Positions 30,810 through 41,370 are shown, counted from the first letter of the stretch. The stretch: DNA of 64,000 bases from Vampirovibrionaceae bacterium NZW_1234 (GCA_041697335.1 JBGUGD010000025.1:131764-195763), one strand, 5' to 3'. Translations and numbers: made by a program. The notes: generated from the letters alone by a model not told the origin.

Positions 30810-31922
30810 TCAGTGACATGCCGGAAAGGTTTTTAAAGGATCCCCACAACGAACAAGCACATGCCACAGCAATTTGAACTCATGCAATACTTCATCAACC
30901 GTCCCACGATCAGCCCAGGCTGCTGGTTGCTGTTTCAGCTCCATGACAGCAGGCCCAATCATACTGGCGGTTAAGTAAGCATCCGTGGCAATTCGTTGTG
31001 CAAGAGAGGGCATTGTTGGTCCGCGGAAATCCTCGGGAACGGCGTCGACATCCAAGGCAAAACCACAATGAAAATAGTGTTTTATCTTATATTTCTCGCA
31101 CAGCTGATTTAAGACGTCACCCGTGGGCGTATCTATAAAGGACGGATCCGTCACCAGAATCTCAACGTCCTCTGCCAAAGTCACATCTCCATGAATCTGC
31201 GCTTCAATATAATGGTTCAGATTTCGCCGAGCGAGTCTGGTCGTTGGGTCATGAAACGGATGAATTAAATGGTGGCAGAGATGATCGATCAGACGTCTCG
31301 GCGTTAAATCCGGCTCTCCAATCGCAGAATCTCGCACGAAAGCCTCAAACAAAAGAGCCGCCATAATATCATCAAACTCGTCATAGGTTCCTTTTTCTTC
31401 AGGGTTATAGTGGGAATCCAGATAGGTAAATGAACACCGCTTCGATACTGTTGGCTTGAGCAGAAAATAACACGACCCGAATCGGGGTGAAGGCCCATCC
31501 GCATGCAGCATTAAATCCAAAGCCCCATACTTTGGGCGCTCACTAGGAGTCACTCCTGCCTGATGATACGCTGCACCGAACAGCTCTCGTTCCCATTGAT
31601 CCCGATCGCCTCCAGGAAATGCCGTAATACTGCCATTTGAAATTTGAGTCTCAAATTGACTGCGATACAAACCTTCGGACAGCAAGGATTGAGCCACAGT
31701 AAGCCCATCGGAGTCAGGACGATCCGGATGAAAATGCAATGCCACCCGGGCATTTCTTTTTATGACAGAAACAGCCTCAACATAATCATCCTCGGGGATA
31801 TTCGCCATTTTAAGCACTTCGCGGTATTTTTTTTGAGCGCCGGATTTACGGCCTCGAGCGTAATCGGTCACATAGGCCAACGCAGCTTTCTGGGCCTCTG
31901 TAAGACCTTTTGTCACACTCAT
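30810..31922 (-). CDS. DUF3626-like protein
   Basis: LHFHPDR, YRSQFET, ERPKYGAL, RFGSCYF, YIEAQIHG. Confidence 0.75.
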   Translation of the reverse strand: MSVTKGLTEAQKAALAYVTDYARGRKSGAQKKYREVLKMANIPEDDYVEAVSVIKRNARVALHFHPDRPDSDGLTVAQSLLSEGLYRSQFETQISNGSITAFPGGDRDQWERELFGAAYHQAGVTPSERPKYGALDLMLHADGPSPRFGSCYFLLKPTVSKRCSFTYLDSHYNPEEKGTYDEFDDIMAALLFEAFVRDSAIGEPDLTPRRLIDHLCHHLIHPFHDPTTRLARRNLNHYIEAQIHGDVTLAEDVEILVTDPSFIDTPTGDVLNQLCEKYKIKHYFHCGFALDVDAVPEDFRGPTMPSLAQRIATDAYLTASMIGPAVMELKQQPAAWADRGTVDEVLHEFKLLWHVLVRCGDPLKTFPACH

Positions 31923-32205
31923 CTCTCACTCCTTGCCATACATCATTTTCTTAAACAGGGCACAAGACGGTGCTGTGATACTGTACCATCCTCTCGTGCA
32001 GAGCGTTATTCAACACCCCTCTAATCGAACCAACATCGGATTTGAAAAACATCGTACAATTAGTCCTGATTCCTGAATAACAACCAAAAATTCTCATACG
32101 TTCTCCATAGGCTTGTCAGCTGAGCAGCTCCAAAAAGGAACAAGCTATTGATAAGCCTAACCAATGTCAAACCAGAAAACTCGGTAAAATCCTCGGTTTT
32201 TCAAT

Positions 32206-33048
32206 TCAGTAAGAATCATCGCGCTCAGTAAAGGTCGATTGAAACCCACCGGGCTTACCCGGAATGTAGGAAGCGTGCCCTTGATAAGAAGCCACTTCAA
32301 GACCATTCCCCGGGAAGTGACGAAATTCGAGGGCGACATTGGGATAATAGGATGTAATGGTTTTGAGAAACGAATTCACGGATTGCTGGGTTAAATGGCT
32401 TCTGCCGGGAATAAACACCACCCGATTGAAACCTTGCGGCATAAAGCGTTGAATGTCCTCGCGATAGGGCTCATTGATCTCATCATGAAACGAGAATTGA
32501 TGGATGAGCCCATGTTGTTTTGTGGCGTCGTTGTAAAAGATGGCTATGGCACAATTCCCTGCACCGCACGTAGATAGAGGAACATCCCAAGGGCGGGCTT
32601 TCAGGATACCAATGCAACCTGGAACAGTTGAAAAGCCGGCTTCTTTCTTCATCGGTCCCGTATACGGCTTTAAGAGTTCTGACCCGGCAATGACATAACC
32701 ATTATCTCGAACACTGCCATGGCTCGGGTCGGCGTTTTGAGAAATAGGGACAGGAAACGTGAGAGGTGTGGATGCTCTGAAACGAAGAAAACGATCCGGC
32801 GGAGTGGATTGAATAGGCACTGCCTGGACGCGGGTTTGCAATCGCTGACGCTTGATGTTTTGAGATGGTCCTATAGGGATAGGCAGCACTAGGGAACCCT
32901 CGTTCAGAAATTTATCCGGGAAGAAGCCGTAAATTACGTTTCTTTTCCTCAGATTTACTAACGTATCTGACAGGTATTTGCTGCTATCAGGGCAAACTTG
33001 TTTTAACAATTCTTTAAAAAGCCATGCCCCGAAAGACTGGCGAGGCAC
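32206..33048 (-). CDS. Hypothetical protein with CheD/CNF1-like deamidase motif; start uncertain
   Basis: LSTCGAGNCAIAIFYNDATKQHGLIH resembles the CheD T.gl.sC...d......l.H motif. Confidence 0.55.
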   Translation of the reverse strand: MPRQSFGAWLFKELLKQVCPDSSKYLSDTLVNLRKRNVIYGFFPDKFLNEGSLVLPIPIGPSQNIKRQRLQTRVQAVPIQSTPPDRFLRFRASTPLTFPVPISQNADPSHGSVRDNGYVIAGSELLKPYTGPMKKEAGFSTVPGCIGILKARPWDVPLSTCGAGNCAIAIFYNDATKQHGLIHQFSFHDEINEPYREDIQRFMPQGFNRVVFIPGRSHLTQQSVNSFLKTITSYYPNVALEFRHFPGNGLEVASYQGHASYIPGKPGGFQSTFTERDDSY

Positions 33049-33086
33049 CTGTTTTTATCTAAAAAGCCGGGTAAATACGTCAATCT

Positions 33087-34055
33087 CTATTGATTACTGG
33101 ATTCTCGATAATAAATTCGCCCAGAGTCAATATAACGTTGAATCGCCATAGAAGCTGAGACCGGGGTCTGAAGCGATTCATCGAGGCCTTTCTCATAATA
33201 GCCAAGCTTGGTTGATGTCGCCTTTGCAGTTTGTCCCAGTTCACGCGAGGCAATATCGATGACCAGATGGTTGAAATAGCGTTCGGGGTTGGGTCCAGTA
33301 GGAGCCATATGACGTACCCCATGGCCATGACCCAGGTTGGATTTTCCGTGATTCGTCCCGATGCTGTCATTCAACACGACCAACTGGACAGCCTTGGGGT
33401 TTAAATCTTTTAAATCATAGGCATAGTGTGCCAAGACGTGTGCCTGATATTCTTTTTTAAGCTGGTTTCCATAGTGAGACTTTACTTGTTTACCCGGAAA
33501 CAAGAGATCCGTGGGAGCCAGCCCATGGTCTTCGGCAAATTGAGAGAGATCGGCGAAAAACGGATAGGCTTCAATGTCTTTCGACGGCTCATAAAGCATC
33601 ATAGCAATCGAGTCCGTGGATTTGGTGTCGCAATGGATGGGGTTCAGCTTGAGCTTGTTGGAACGCCCCATATATTTCATCGTAAATCCGGCTTCACCGG
33701 CTACCCCAATCTCGGCGGAACGACGTTTCGCTAAGTGTTGGCCCAGCGCTACTTGGAAGGCTCGAATCAGAGGCATCTGATCCTGAAAGACGGTATCCAA
33801 TCCGGAAATCAAGGAGAAACCAGGCCCGGTCAAATCCTGACGAAAAACGCGGTCATAGACGGCATCGACAAAACGGCCCCGAATTTTTATCCGGTTTCCC
33901 GGTAAGACGCGAACATCCGTGGGCTTCAAGTCCAATCGATAGTGATCGGGTTCAGGCATGGGACGGGGATTCTGATGCGCATCCACGCCACCAAACCCAA
34001 AACGAGGGTTTTTGACCGTTGGAGTCACAATAGAATAGAAGGAAAGCACCGACAT
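33087..34055 (-). CDS. TauD/TfdA-like Fe(II)/2-oxoglutarate dioxygenase-like protein with RFG leader
   Basis: GFSLISG, IHCD (HxD), FFAD, VVLND...HGHG...RYF; leader NPRFG. Confidence 0.55.
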   Translation of the reverse strand: MSVLSFYSIVTPTVKNPRFGFGGVDAHQNPRPMPEPDHYRLDLKPTDVRVLPGNRIKIRGRFVDAVYDRVFRQDLTGPGFSLISGLDTVFQDQMPLIRAFQVALGQHLAKRRSAEIGVAGEAGFTMKYMGRSNKLKLNPIHCDTKSTDSIAMMLYEPSKDIEAYPFFADLSQFAEDHGLAPTDLLFPGKQVKSHYGNQLKKEYQAHVLAHYAYDLKDLNPKAVQLVVLNDSIGTNHGKSNLGHGHGVRHMAPTGPNPERYFNHLVIDIASRELGQTAKATSTKLGYYEKGLDESLQTPVSASMAIQRYIDSGRIYYRESSNQ

Positions 34056-34165
34056 CAGGGTCGCTCCTTATTGAGACTTTTGTAGCAGACCAAGCCTATT
34101 ACTTATAGAAAAGACACATCATAATTACAAGCTTATTGTTTCATGAGGAGGATTCTAGAATTTGC

Positions 34166-36097
34166 CTAGGCATCACTTAAGGCTTCTGCAACCTCTTCCC
34201 AGTTCTGATTCAGAACATCCAACTGCGCCTGCCGTGACTCTATATCCTGATTCACGGCTGCAAGGGCCTCATAATTCTGTTCTACACTCAATTCGGTCAG
34301 CCGGGATTGAAGGGTCAGCAACTCCTCTTCCAAAGCCATGATGGATTTTTCCAGCTTGTTGAGCTGTTTTTCCAGCTCTTTCCGGGCTTTCATCGGGCTC
34401 GACGATCCGGATGGCTTTAAAGATTCAGTATCAGAAGGGCTGGCTGTGGAGTCAATTACTGACCTTGACGCCGATTGACTTCCATTTGTAAGGGCACGGA
34501 CACGGAATTCCTCTCGTTTTTGGAGGTAATAGTCATACCCGCCTTCGTATTGGATGAGATGACCTTCATAAATTTCCCAGACATGGGTGGCCAACTGCTC
34601 GATAAAATACCGATCGTGAGAAATACACAGCACCGTTCCATCATATTCTCGAAAAGCGTCTTCCAGAACTTCTTTGGCGGGAATATCCATGTGGTTGGTC
34701 GGTTCATCCAACAGCAAGAGATTGGGACCGGAAAGAATCAGTTTCGCCAGGGCCAGCTTACTTTTTTCACCGCCACTCAACACGGAAACAGGTTTAAAGA
34801 CCTCATCACCGGTAAACAGAAAACGGGCCAACAGACCGCGTACCTCTGTGTTCGTGAGCTTGGGGCAGGCATTATGGATAGTATCGAACACAGATAAGGA
34901 TGCATCCAGGGTTTCCAGCTGATTCTGGGCAAAATAGCCAGGAACCACCTGATGCCCGAAACGAAGCTCACCGGCATCGGGCGCAATCTGGTCCAGAATT
35001 AATCGAAACAGAGTGGTTTTACCACAGCCATTAGGCCCCAGAAGAAAAATCCGTTGGTATCGCTGCACATCGGCATTGGCGTTGGAAAACAAGGTTTTCG
35101 GGCCAAATGCTTTGGTAACGTTTCGAACGGTTACAACCTGCTTGCCACTGGCTACCGGCGAGGGAAAACGGACAGCCATGCGACGAGTGTCGGTCTCCAT
35201 AAGTTCAATACGCTCGACCCGAGCCAATTGCTTTTCTCGGCTTTTCGCCTGAGTGCTTCGATTGGCACTAGCCCGAAAACGTTCTATATAGGCCGTTTGC
35301 TTGGCAATTTCTTTTTGCTGGCGCTCATAGGAGCTTTGATTCCGCTCAAGCCGCTCCTGCTTTTGAACCAGATAAGCCGAATAATTCCCCGGATATAAGG
35401 TTAACCGGCCGGAATCCACCTCGGCAATCTGATTGCAAACCCGATCCAAAAAACGGCGGTCATGAGACACCACGACCAGGCCGCCCGGATATTCTTCTAA
35501 AAAGCCTTCCAGCCATTCACAGGCATCCGGATCCAAATGGTTTGTCGGTTCATCCAGCAAGAGTATATCAGCCCCTTCCAGCAGAACCTTGGCTAGATTA
35601 ATACGCATCTTCCAGCCCCCACTGAACTCCATGACGTTGCGAGCCAGATCGGCCTGTGAGAACCCAAGCCCACTGGCCATGCGATGCACTTTAGGTTCTA
35701 CACTCACCGCATCGAGCCGATGTAAATCCTCATGAACCTGAGCCAACCGTTTGACAGTCTTTTCGTCCGTCTGTTTTTCCAAGGTGTTCAGTAACTCTTT
35801 TTCTTCGGCCAATAGCGCATTAATCTCACGAAAAACAGACGTTAATTCGGATTCCAGGGTATTTACCGCAGAGAGCATAGGCTCTTGGGAAAGGTAATTA
35901 ACCGATGTCCCGGGGGCCCTATAAAGAGTGCCTTCATCAGGGTCTACAAGACCCATTATCATTTTCAGCAAAGTTGATTTGCCGCATCCGTTACGTCCAA
36001 TCAAACCCAGTCGGCTTTTTTCATGGATCTGTAAGGTGACATTCTCAAATAGCGTATGGGGAATGTAGGTTTTTGAGACCTCGGTCAGCTGGATCAT
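34166..36097 (-). CDS. ABC-F family ATPase
   Basis: Two ABC domains (GRNGCGKST, GPNGCGKTT, DEPTNH twice), no TM segments, C-terminal coiled coil. Confidence 0.95.
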   Translation of the reverse strand: MIQLTEVSKTYIPHTLFENVTLQIHEKSRLGLIGRNGCGKSTLLKMIMGLVDPDEGTLYRAPGTSVNYLSQEPMLSAVNTLESELTSVFREINALLAEEKELLNTLEKQTDEKTVKRLAQVHEDLHRLDAVSVEPKVHRMASGLGFSQADLARNVMEFSGGWKMRINLAKVLLEGADILLLDEPTNHLDPDACEWLEGFLEEYPGGLVVVSHDRRFLDRVCNQIAEVDSGRLTLYPGNYSAYLVQKQERLERNQSSYERQQKEIAKQTAYIERFRASANRSTQAKSREKQLARVERIELMETDTRRMAVRFPSPVASGKQVVTVRNVTKAFGPKTLFSNANADVQRYQRIFLLGPNGCGKTTLFRLILDQIAPDAGELRFGHQVVPGYFAQNQLETLDASLSVFDTIHNACPKLTNTEVRGLLARFLFTGDEVFKPVSVLSGGEKSKLALAKLILSGPNLLLLDEPTNHMDIPAKEVLEDAFREYDGTVLCISHDRYFIEQLATHVWEIYEGHLIQYEGGYDYYLQKREEFRVRALTNGSQSASRSVIDSTASPSDTESLKPSGSSSPMKARKELEKQLNKLEKSIMALEEELLTLQSRLTELSVEQNYEALAAVNQDIESRQAQLDVLNQNWEEVAEALSDA

Positions 36098-36118
36098 CGG
36101 TGTCGTGGACGTCTCCCA

Positions 36119-36331
36119 CTAATCCCAGGGATGACGATGGGTGAGGCGGGTATCCTGATCCAATTGAACGGCAAAATAATCCCGCACTTGCCCCAGGGTT
36201 TGTGACCGATGCACGGGCTTTGGCTTGGCCTTTACAGGCAACGTGGCATAGGACTTGCCTGGTGGGGATACCAAAGGAGCAGGTTCCTTGGCCGACGGAG
36301 CAGCAGACATATTCATCGACGAATTTTCCAT
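36119..36331 (-). CDS. Small hypothetical protein
   Basis: 70-aa ORF immediately upstream of ABC-F. Confidence 0.4.
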   Translation of the reverse strand: MENSSMNMSAAPSAKEPAPLVSPPGKSYATLPVKAKPKPVHRSQTLGQVRDYFAVQLDQDTRLTHRHPWD

Positions 36332-36464
36332 AGGCGTATTATACGCGGTTCGACCGAGAAAATCATCATGGGGGATTACAACTTGATGAACCCGACAAAA
36401 ATCCGGTATAAGATTAGGGAAGAATCGTTCGATTCGTTTTGGAATTCAGAAGGAATGTTGTCAG

Positions 36465-36953
36465 ATGAGAAAACAGTTTGCATCCCTCCTGGCCATTGGC
36501 GGAATTTTGGCCGGAATCTCTCTAAACACCGGCGTTGACGCATTTGAAGTAAGCCGCGAAACCTCCAGTCAGGATAGCTTCTTGGGCTACGTGGAAAAAT
36601 CCAGCGGACTGAAGTACAAAGACGTCATGGTGGGAGATGGAAAAGAAGCCAAACAAGGTATGAATATCAAGGTCCATTATGAAGGAACCTTGTACCCAAC
36701 CGGTCAGAAATTTGACAGCTCTTTTGACCGAGGCCAACCGGCGTCATTTAAACTGGCGAAAGGCCAAGTTATTCAAGGATGGGTTGAAGGCGTTTCCGGT
36801 ATGAAAACCGGTGGCAGACGAACCTTGATCATTCCTGCCAACCTGGGCTATGGTGAACAAGGCTACCCCGGTGTTATTCCGCCTAATGCAACCCTGAAAT
36901 TCGATGTTGTGCTGCTGGATGTCGAAGAAGTCAGCAAGAAACGCAAGAAATAA
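36465..36953 (+). CDS. FKBP-type peptidyl-prolyl isomerase with signal peptide
   Basis: VHYEGTL, KFDSS, VIQGW, IPANLGYG, IPPNATLKFDV. Confidence 0.95.
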   Translation: MRKQFASLLAIGGILAGISLNTGVDAFEVSRETSSQDSFLGYVEKSSGLKYKDVMVGDGKEAKQGMNIKVHYEGTLYPTGQKFDSSFDRGQPASFKLAKGQVIQGWVEGVSGMKTGGRRTLIIPANLGYGEQGYPGVIPPNATLKFDVVLLDVEEVSKKRKK

Positions 36954-36967
36954 AACCTGTTTTATCG

Positions 36968-37000
36968 TAAAGCGCTCCTGAGACCTCAGGGGCGCTTTTA
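36968..37000 (+). terminator. Terminator hairpin
   Basis: TAAAGCGCTCCTGAG-AC-CTCAGGGGCGCTTTTA. Confidence 0.75.
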
Positions 37001-37112
37001 TCGTCTGTCGTGATTTGATAATTGGATAGCAACAGATCGACTTGAGCGGTGTTCATACATCATCTTCTCACCTAAACACAAGCATCACCTTGAGAGTAAA
37101 GAGGAAAATTCG

Positions 37113-38441
37113 ATGAATCGCTTGGCTATCAATTCTTTGACATCTGCCTCGAGCCCAAGATTATCCTCCCGCAAGCCGATACTCCAAGGGCCTATTTTGT
37201 GCCAAACACAGGATAAAGTTCACTTTTCCGGAAAACAAGCCATCACCGCAGAGTCCCAATCAGCCACTGTAGCAGTCACACCGAAGATCATAGACATTGA
37301 CACCACTATCCCTGCATCAGCATTGGAAAGCGGTCCCGTGACTCTCGGGGCTCAAAGCACCGGAGCCGGCTATGAACTCCAGCACAGTCTCCACAATGAC
37401 GGCCAGGATTCGCTTGTAAAACTGCAAAAAGAGGGTTCAACATTACAACTGGAACACCAATCAGGGTCACCTGTGACCGTAACCACATCTACAAGTGACC
37501 ATCGCATCAGCCTATTCGCGTCAGAAAGGATTGCACTTCAGCCAGGAGATCGGCTGGAAATAGCGAATCACCAGTTTGAAGTTACGCCAGATTCAGGGAT
37601 AAGACTGATCACCCGAGACATCGTTGCATTGTCGAAACTTTACCCCGATAGCCGGGTCGCTGTTCCACATCAAACATTCGAGTCAAACACCATCGACACT
37701 CCTACGGTACAGTGCCACCAAACGTCTACCCCTGACTGCGGCCTTGTGGCGACCCTGAATAGCATTGCGTTTAATCCGGCCTTCAGCCACTTGTTGAGTT
37801 CAAAATTTCGACTCATCAATCCGCATACAATAGAAGTTTCGCTGTTTCACCCGAAATCGCGTAAGGTAAATCCCAATAACGGCTGGGAACTCACTGAACC
37901 TGCTCAAAAAGTAACCACCTGTTTAACCCGGGAAGCATTAAATGCCCATCTCAGTCCACAAAACCCAGCCACGCATCGAATCGGCTTGCAGGGACCCAAG
38001 GGCAATACGTTACTCGAAATGGCGTTCCAAAATGTTATGCGCGACGTTCGAAACGATCCGCTTTGCGGCCCCAGACCAGAAGAAGTCATGTTCAGCTTAA
38101 CCGGACTACCAGCCTTGCAACTGGATTACAGTGAGCCGAAACAGATAGGCAAGCTGGCGACCTTCCAAAACAACTATCTTATGGTCGCAGAAGTGATGTG
38201 TGTTGCCGGCATGGACCCGAAACTGGGTGGCTTAGACACGGCCGGTAACCTCTGGGTATTCGATACCGAAGGCAATAAGGTCCAACTGCCGGAGATGCAT
38301 TTCTATTCGGTGTTAAACATTGACTCGGAAAAACAAACCGTGAAACTGCTCAATCCTCATCAAGGTTCTAAACCGTTTAGTATTACATTTGAGGCTTTCA
38401 GCGCCGCATTCGGCAACATGATATTAGGGCGAACACGTTAA
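37113..38441 (+). CDS. Calpain-like (C2 / papain fold) cysteine protease with FHA-like region and leader
   Basis: QTSTPDC.LVA.L, LLEMAF, LTG, HFYSV, LLNPH; LQPGDRLEI; leader DKVHFSG. Confidence 0.7.
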   Translation: MNRLAINSLTSASSPRLSSRKPILQGPILCQTQDKVHFSGKQAITAESQSATVAVTPKIIDIDTTIPASALESGPVTLGAQSTGAGYELQHSLHNDGQDSLVKLQKEGSTLQLEHQSGSPVTVTTSTSDHRISLFASERIALQPGDRLEIANHQFEVTPDSGIRLITRDIVALSKLYPDSRVAVPHQTFESNTIDTPTVQCHQTSTPDCGLVATLNSIAFNPAFSHLLSSKFRLINPHTIEVSLFHPKSRKVNPNNGWELTEPAQKVTTCLTREALNAHLSPQNPATHRIGLQGPKGNTLLEMAFQNVMRDVRNDPLCGPRPEEVMFSLTGLPALQLDYSEPKQIGKLATFQNNYLMVAEVMCVAGMDPKLGGLDTAGNLWVFDTEGNKVQLPEMHFYSVLNIDSEKQTVKLLNPHQGSKPFSITFEAFSAAFGNMILGRTR

Positions 38442-38444
38442 TCG

Positions 38445-38780
38445 CTAATAATTTTTCTGATGATGGAAAACACCTTCGATGTATTCAACAAAAGCCAGTT
38501 TAGGAAGCTGTTCCAGCAGGTTCTTACGAGTAATCACACCCGGCATCAGACGAGATGGCTGCTGTTGATGAAAATTCGAAATAACCAGTCCGGCACGTTT
38601 TAGCGCTTGCAATTGCGAAGCTCCCGGATCGGTATCCAAGGTAATCAAAACATCAAAATACTGTCCTTCCGGTGACTGCTGTAATTTAATCCACAACGGC
38701 AGCGCCAGCTTCGGATTCGGAACCGTTTGATTGTCCAATACGACAGATTGACCTTGCGAGTCACCCCAACGTGTACTCAT
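38445..38780 (-). CDS. Hypothetical protein, protease-propeptide (I9)-like ferredoxin fold possible
   Basis: GGAGG RBS; ends LEQLPKLAFVEYIE. Confidence 0.55.
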   Translation of the reverse strand: MSTRWGDSQGQSVVLDNQTVPNPKLALPLWIKLQQSPEGQYFDVLITLDTDPGASQLQALKRAGLVISNFHQQQPSRLMPGVITRKNLLEQLPKLAFVEYIEGVFHHQKNY

Positions 38781-38920
38781 GACACGTACCCTCCTATATC
38801 TATGGTGCCATATGCAAGGTCAACTGTACTTTATCTCGTCTGGAAACACAATCATTCTGTAAGGCAATCGCCTGATCATCCCCGATAAATCAAATAACAT
38901 CGATTTACATTTCAACTCGA

Positions 38921-39517
38921 CTATTCAGGATCAACCCAACCCAGCGGTGTAAAGAAATAGCCGCGACCCATGGGCTGGAGCACGCCTTTTCGAACCAGGT
39001 AGTTCGCTCTCGAAGAAATCTCTGTCAGGGGGACATCCTCAAAGCCTTCACCCGTTTGGGGTTGCTGGGCACCACTTTCAACGAGAAAGGCCTTAATTTC
39101 CTCTGTCGATGCTTTTCCACCCTTAAACACCACAGCTTTGAACATTTCGTAATTCAAGGATTGTTTTTGTTTCAAAAACCGCTCGACATCCATGAAGGCT
39201 TTGTCGGGATGAAAACTTTTTAATGTACTCAACTCTTCAAATGAAAATGATTTGACTTGAGTTAAGTCCATAGAGGACATCGAAGATGACTCAGAATCAG
39301 ACTCAACATTATCTATTGTTAAATTGTCCAGCATGGTGGTCAAACTCATTTTCAAAGTAATCAGCCGCTGCTTGGACAACTTCAATGATTTCAGTTCTTG
39401 TGTCAGTTTTTCGAGCTCTTCAATCCGAGGTTGGATTTCCTGCAACTCTCTTTCTGCTTCCTGCAACAATTCCTGAAGCCGCTGCGGACTTGTCAACGAT
39501 ATTTCGGTTGTCGTCAT
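38921..39517 (-). CDS. Coiled-coil plus winged helix-turn-helix protein
   Basis: N-terminal heptads LQELLQEAERELQEI...; C-terminal GGKASTEEIKAFL...EISSRANYLVRKGVLQPMGRGYF; GGGAG RBS. Confidence 0.75.
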   Translation of the reverse strand: MTTTEISLTSPQRLQELLQEAERELQEIQPRIEELEKLTQELKSLKLSKQRLITLKMSLTTMLDNLTIDNVESDSESSSMSSMDLTQVKSFSFEELSTLKSFHPDKAFMDVERFLKQKQSLNYEMFKAVVFKGGKASTEEIKAFLVESGAQQPQTGEGFEDVPLTEISSRANYLVRKGVLQPMGRGYFFTPLGWVDPE

Positions 39518-39536
39518 CAAAACAAACTCCCAACTG

Positions 39537-39749
39537 TGTACTTAATTATTAAGTTAAATTTTACGCGGTGTTTTTGAATTGCGCAAGGTCTATTTTTAAA
39601 TAACTTTAGTTATTCATACAAATCACGTAATTTCAGAAATAATTAAAATCAGATTAGTTTTAAGGAAGTATTTCCATCTAAAAGAGTTGAATGCTTTATT
39701 AAGCACTTAACCTAAAAATAAAGTACATAACTCTAATTTAAGTACTTTA
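39537..39749. repeat. TGYACTTAA motif cluster 1
   Basis: TGTACTTAA 39537, TTAAGCACTTAA 39699, TAAAGTACA 39719, TTAAGTACTTTA 39738. Confidence 0.7.
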
Positions 39750-39851
39750 ATTTCTCATTTTCCTAAAGGCAGTATTTGGATGGTTTCTAACAACCATGTT
39801 TGTAGTATTTATTGAATATTCTCTAAGCATTACATCTATCTATAAAAAAGG

Positions 39852-41339
39852 ATGTCCAACGTGTACATTTCTAGTCTCCGATTTAAAGGGGAATTCTTGT
39901 TTCCCAAGCAATATCAGCCTGTAGCCGATGAATTGAATAATCCGATCCAGTTTGTGACGCCTGAAATCGATTACACACCGAATGTCCGGGAGTGGCCCAA
40001 AGATAAGAACTTTTTCTATTTCTTTCAACGAAACTTCGATGATAGCCAGTTTACCTCTGTTAACGGGACACACTTCGACATTCGAACGGCTTTATACCTC
40101 AAGGACAAGAATGTTCCCTTTGCCTATCAGTCCAGTTTTGAGGGGGGTATGGATACACCGGAAACCTTTGAAAAAAATGCAGGCACTCCCATTTCAAACA
40201 ATGCCGATACGGATGATCTGATTGCGGGCAAGATTGCGTTGCGCAAATCCTTTGTTTGGGTACCTGCTACCATGAGTGGGAATCCTTTTGCCGCCTTAAG
40301 CACCCCCGTAAAGACGACGACTGCTGCTATGACTGCTGTTAATACTGTTGTTCCGGTTCAAGTTGTTACCCTTCAGGAACGCATTAAAGGTGCCATTCTG
40401 GCACTGGCCAGTGGCGATGCCCTTGGCTGCAATGTGGAATTTAATTCACCCGATCTGATCAAGCAGAAGTTCGGCGTCCATAAAGACATCACTGGCGGTT
40501 CTACCGGTCCAAAGCACCCTTATGAATACCCCAGAGGTGCCGTAACGGATGACACACAGATGACTGAAATGATGGCCGAAAGCTTAATTGCTCACCCAGA
40601 GGGCGATATGTGGGATTTGCGAGATCGATTTGTTGCATGGATTAAACCGAATCCGCCCGGCACCGGCAAAGGCACCCGTGAGGTTTTGGCCAGAGCCGAG
40701 CACTTGAATCCGGCCAAAGATCAGCCGGATGATGCTGCAAAAGCATTATGGGAAGCCGATCATAAGAACGGCGGCGGCAACGGCAGCATTATGCGTTGTT
40801 CTCCTATTGCCCTGATGTATGCCAGCAACCCCGACAAGCTGAAAGAGTTATCACTAAAAACCTGCAGCATTACCCATTACTCCCCGGCGGCTAAAGCGTC
40901 TACCTTGGCTTATAACCGCATTCTGGCTGCCATCGTGAATGGCACTGCAAAAGATAAAGAGAGCTTTCTTTCTGTCTACGAAGAGGCTGCCAAAGAAGCT
41001 GAAACGTTGAGCCCGGAAACGGCCCAGGCCATTCGGAATGTCCCTCTCATTACCGACAAGTCGCAACTAAAGACGAGCGGTTATACCCTGGATACCATGC
41101 AGGTTGCTTTATGGGCCCTACTGAATTGCGACACCTTGGAAGACGCTATCGTAACCATGGTTAACCTCGGCGGAGATACGGACTCCAACGCCGCCGTAAC
41201 AGGCGCTTTGTTTGGCGCTCTTCAAGGCGAAAAAGCGGTGCCAAAACGCTGGTCTGAAGCTCTTTTGAACGGCCCGCAATTGAGTTCCCTTGCAGACCGA
41301 CTCTATCAGAAGACACAAAGCCTAAACTCGCCTGCATAA
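39852..41339 (+). CDS. ADP-ribosylglycohydrolase (DraG/ARH family) with N-terminal extra domain
   Basis: GDALG, TDDTQM, GNGSIMR, ITH, GGDTDSNAAVTGAL; leader SSLRFKG. Confidence 0.9.
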   Translation: MSNVYISSLRFKGEFLFPKQYQPVADELNNPIQFVTPEIDYTPNVREWPKDKNFFYFFQRNFDDSQFTSVNGTHFDIRTALYLKDKNVPFAYQSSFEGGMDTPETFEKNAGTPISNNADTDDLIAGKIALRKSFVWVPATMSGNPFAALSTPVKTTTAAMTAVNTVVPVQVVTLQERIKGAILALASGDALGCNVEFNSPDLIKQKFGVHKDITGGSTGPKHPYEYPRGAVTDDTQMTEMMAESLIAHPEGDMWDLRDRFVAWIKPNPPGTGKGTREVLARAEHLNPAKDQPDDAAKALWEADHKNGGGNGSIMRCSPIALMYASNPDKLKELSLKTCSITHYSPAAKASTLAYNRILAAIVNGTAKDKESFLSVYEEAAKEAETLSPETAQAIRNVPLITDKSQLKTSGYTLDTMQVALWALLNCDTLEDAIVTMVNLGGDTDSNAAVTGALFGALQGEKAVPKRWSEALLNGPQLSSLADRLYQKTQSLNSPA

Positions 41340-41370
41340 ACAATCTGTCACGCATTTTGTTTTAAACTAA

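Noticed and set aside
38860..38890. Sigma28-like TAAG-N16-CCCCGATA
   Set aside because: Points into the 3' end of a convergent gene with no downstream plus-strand ORF
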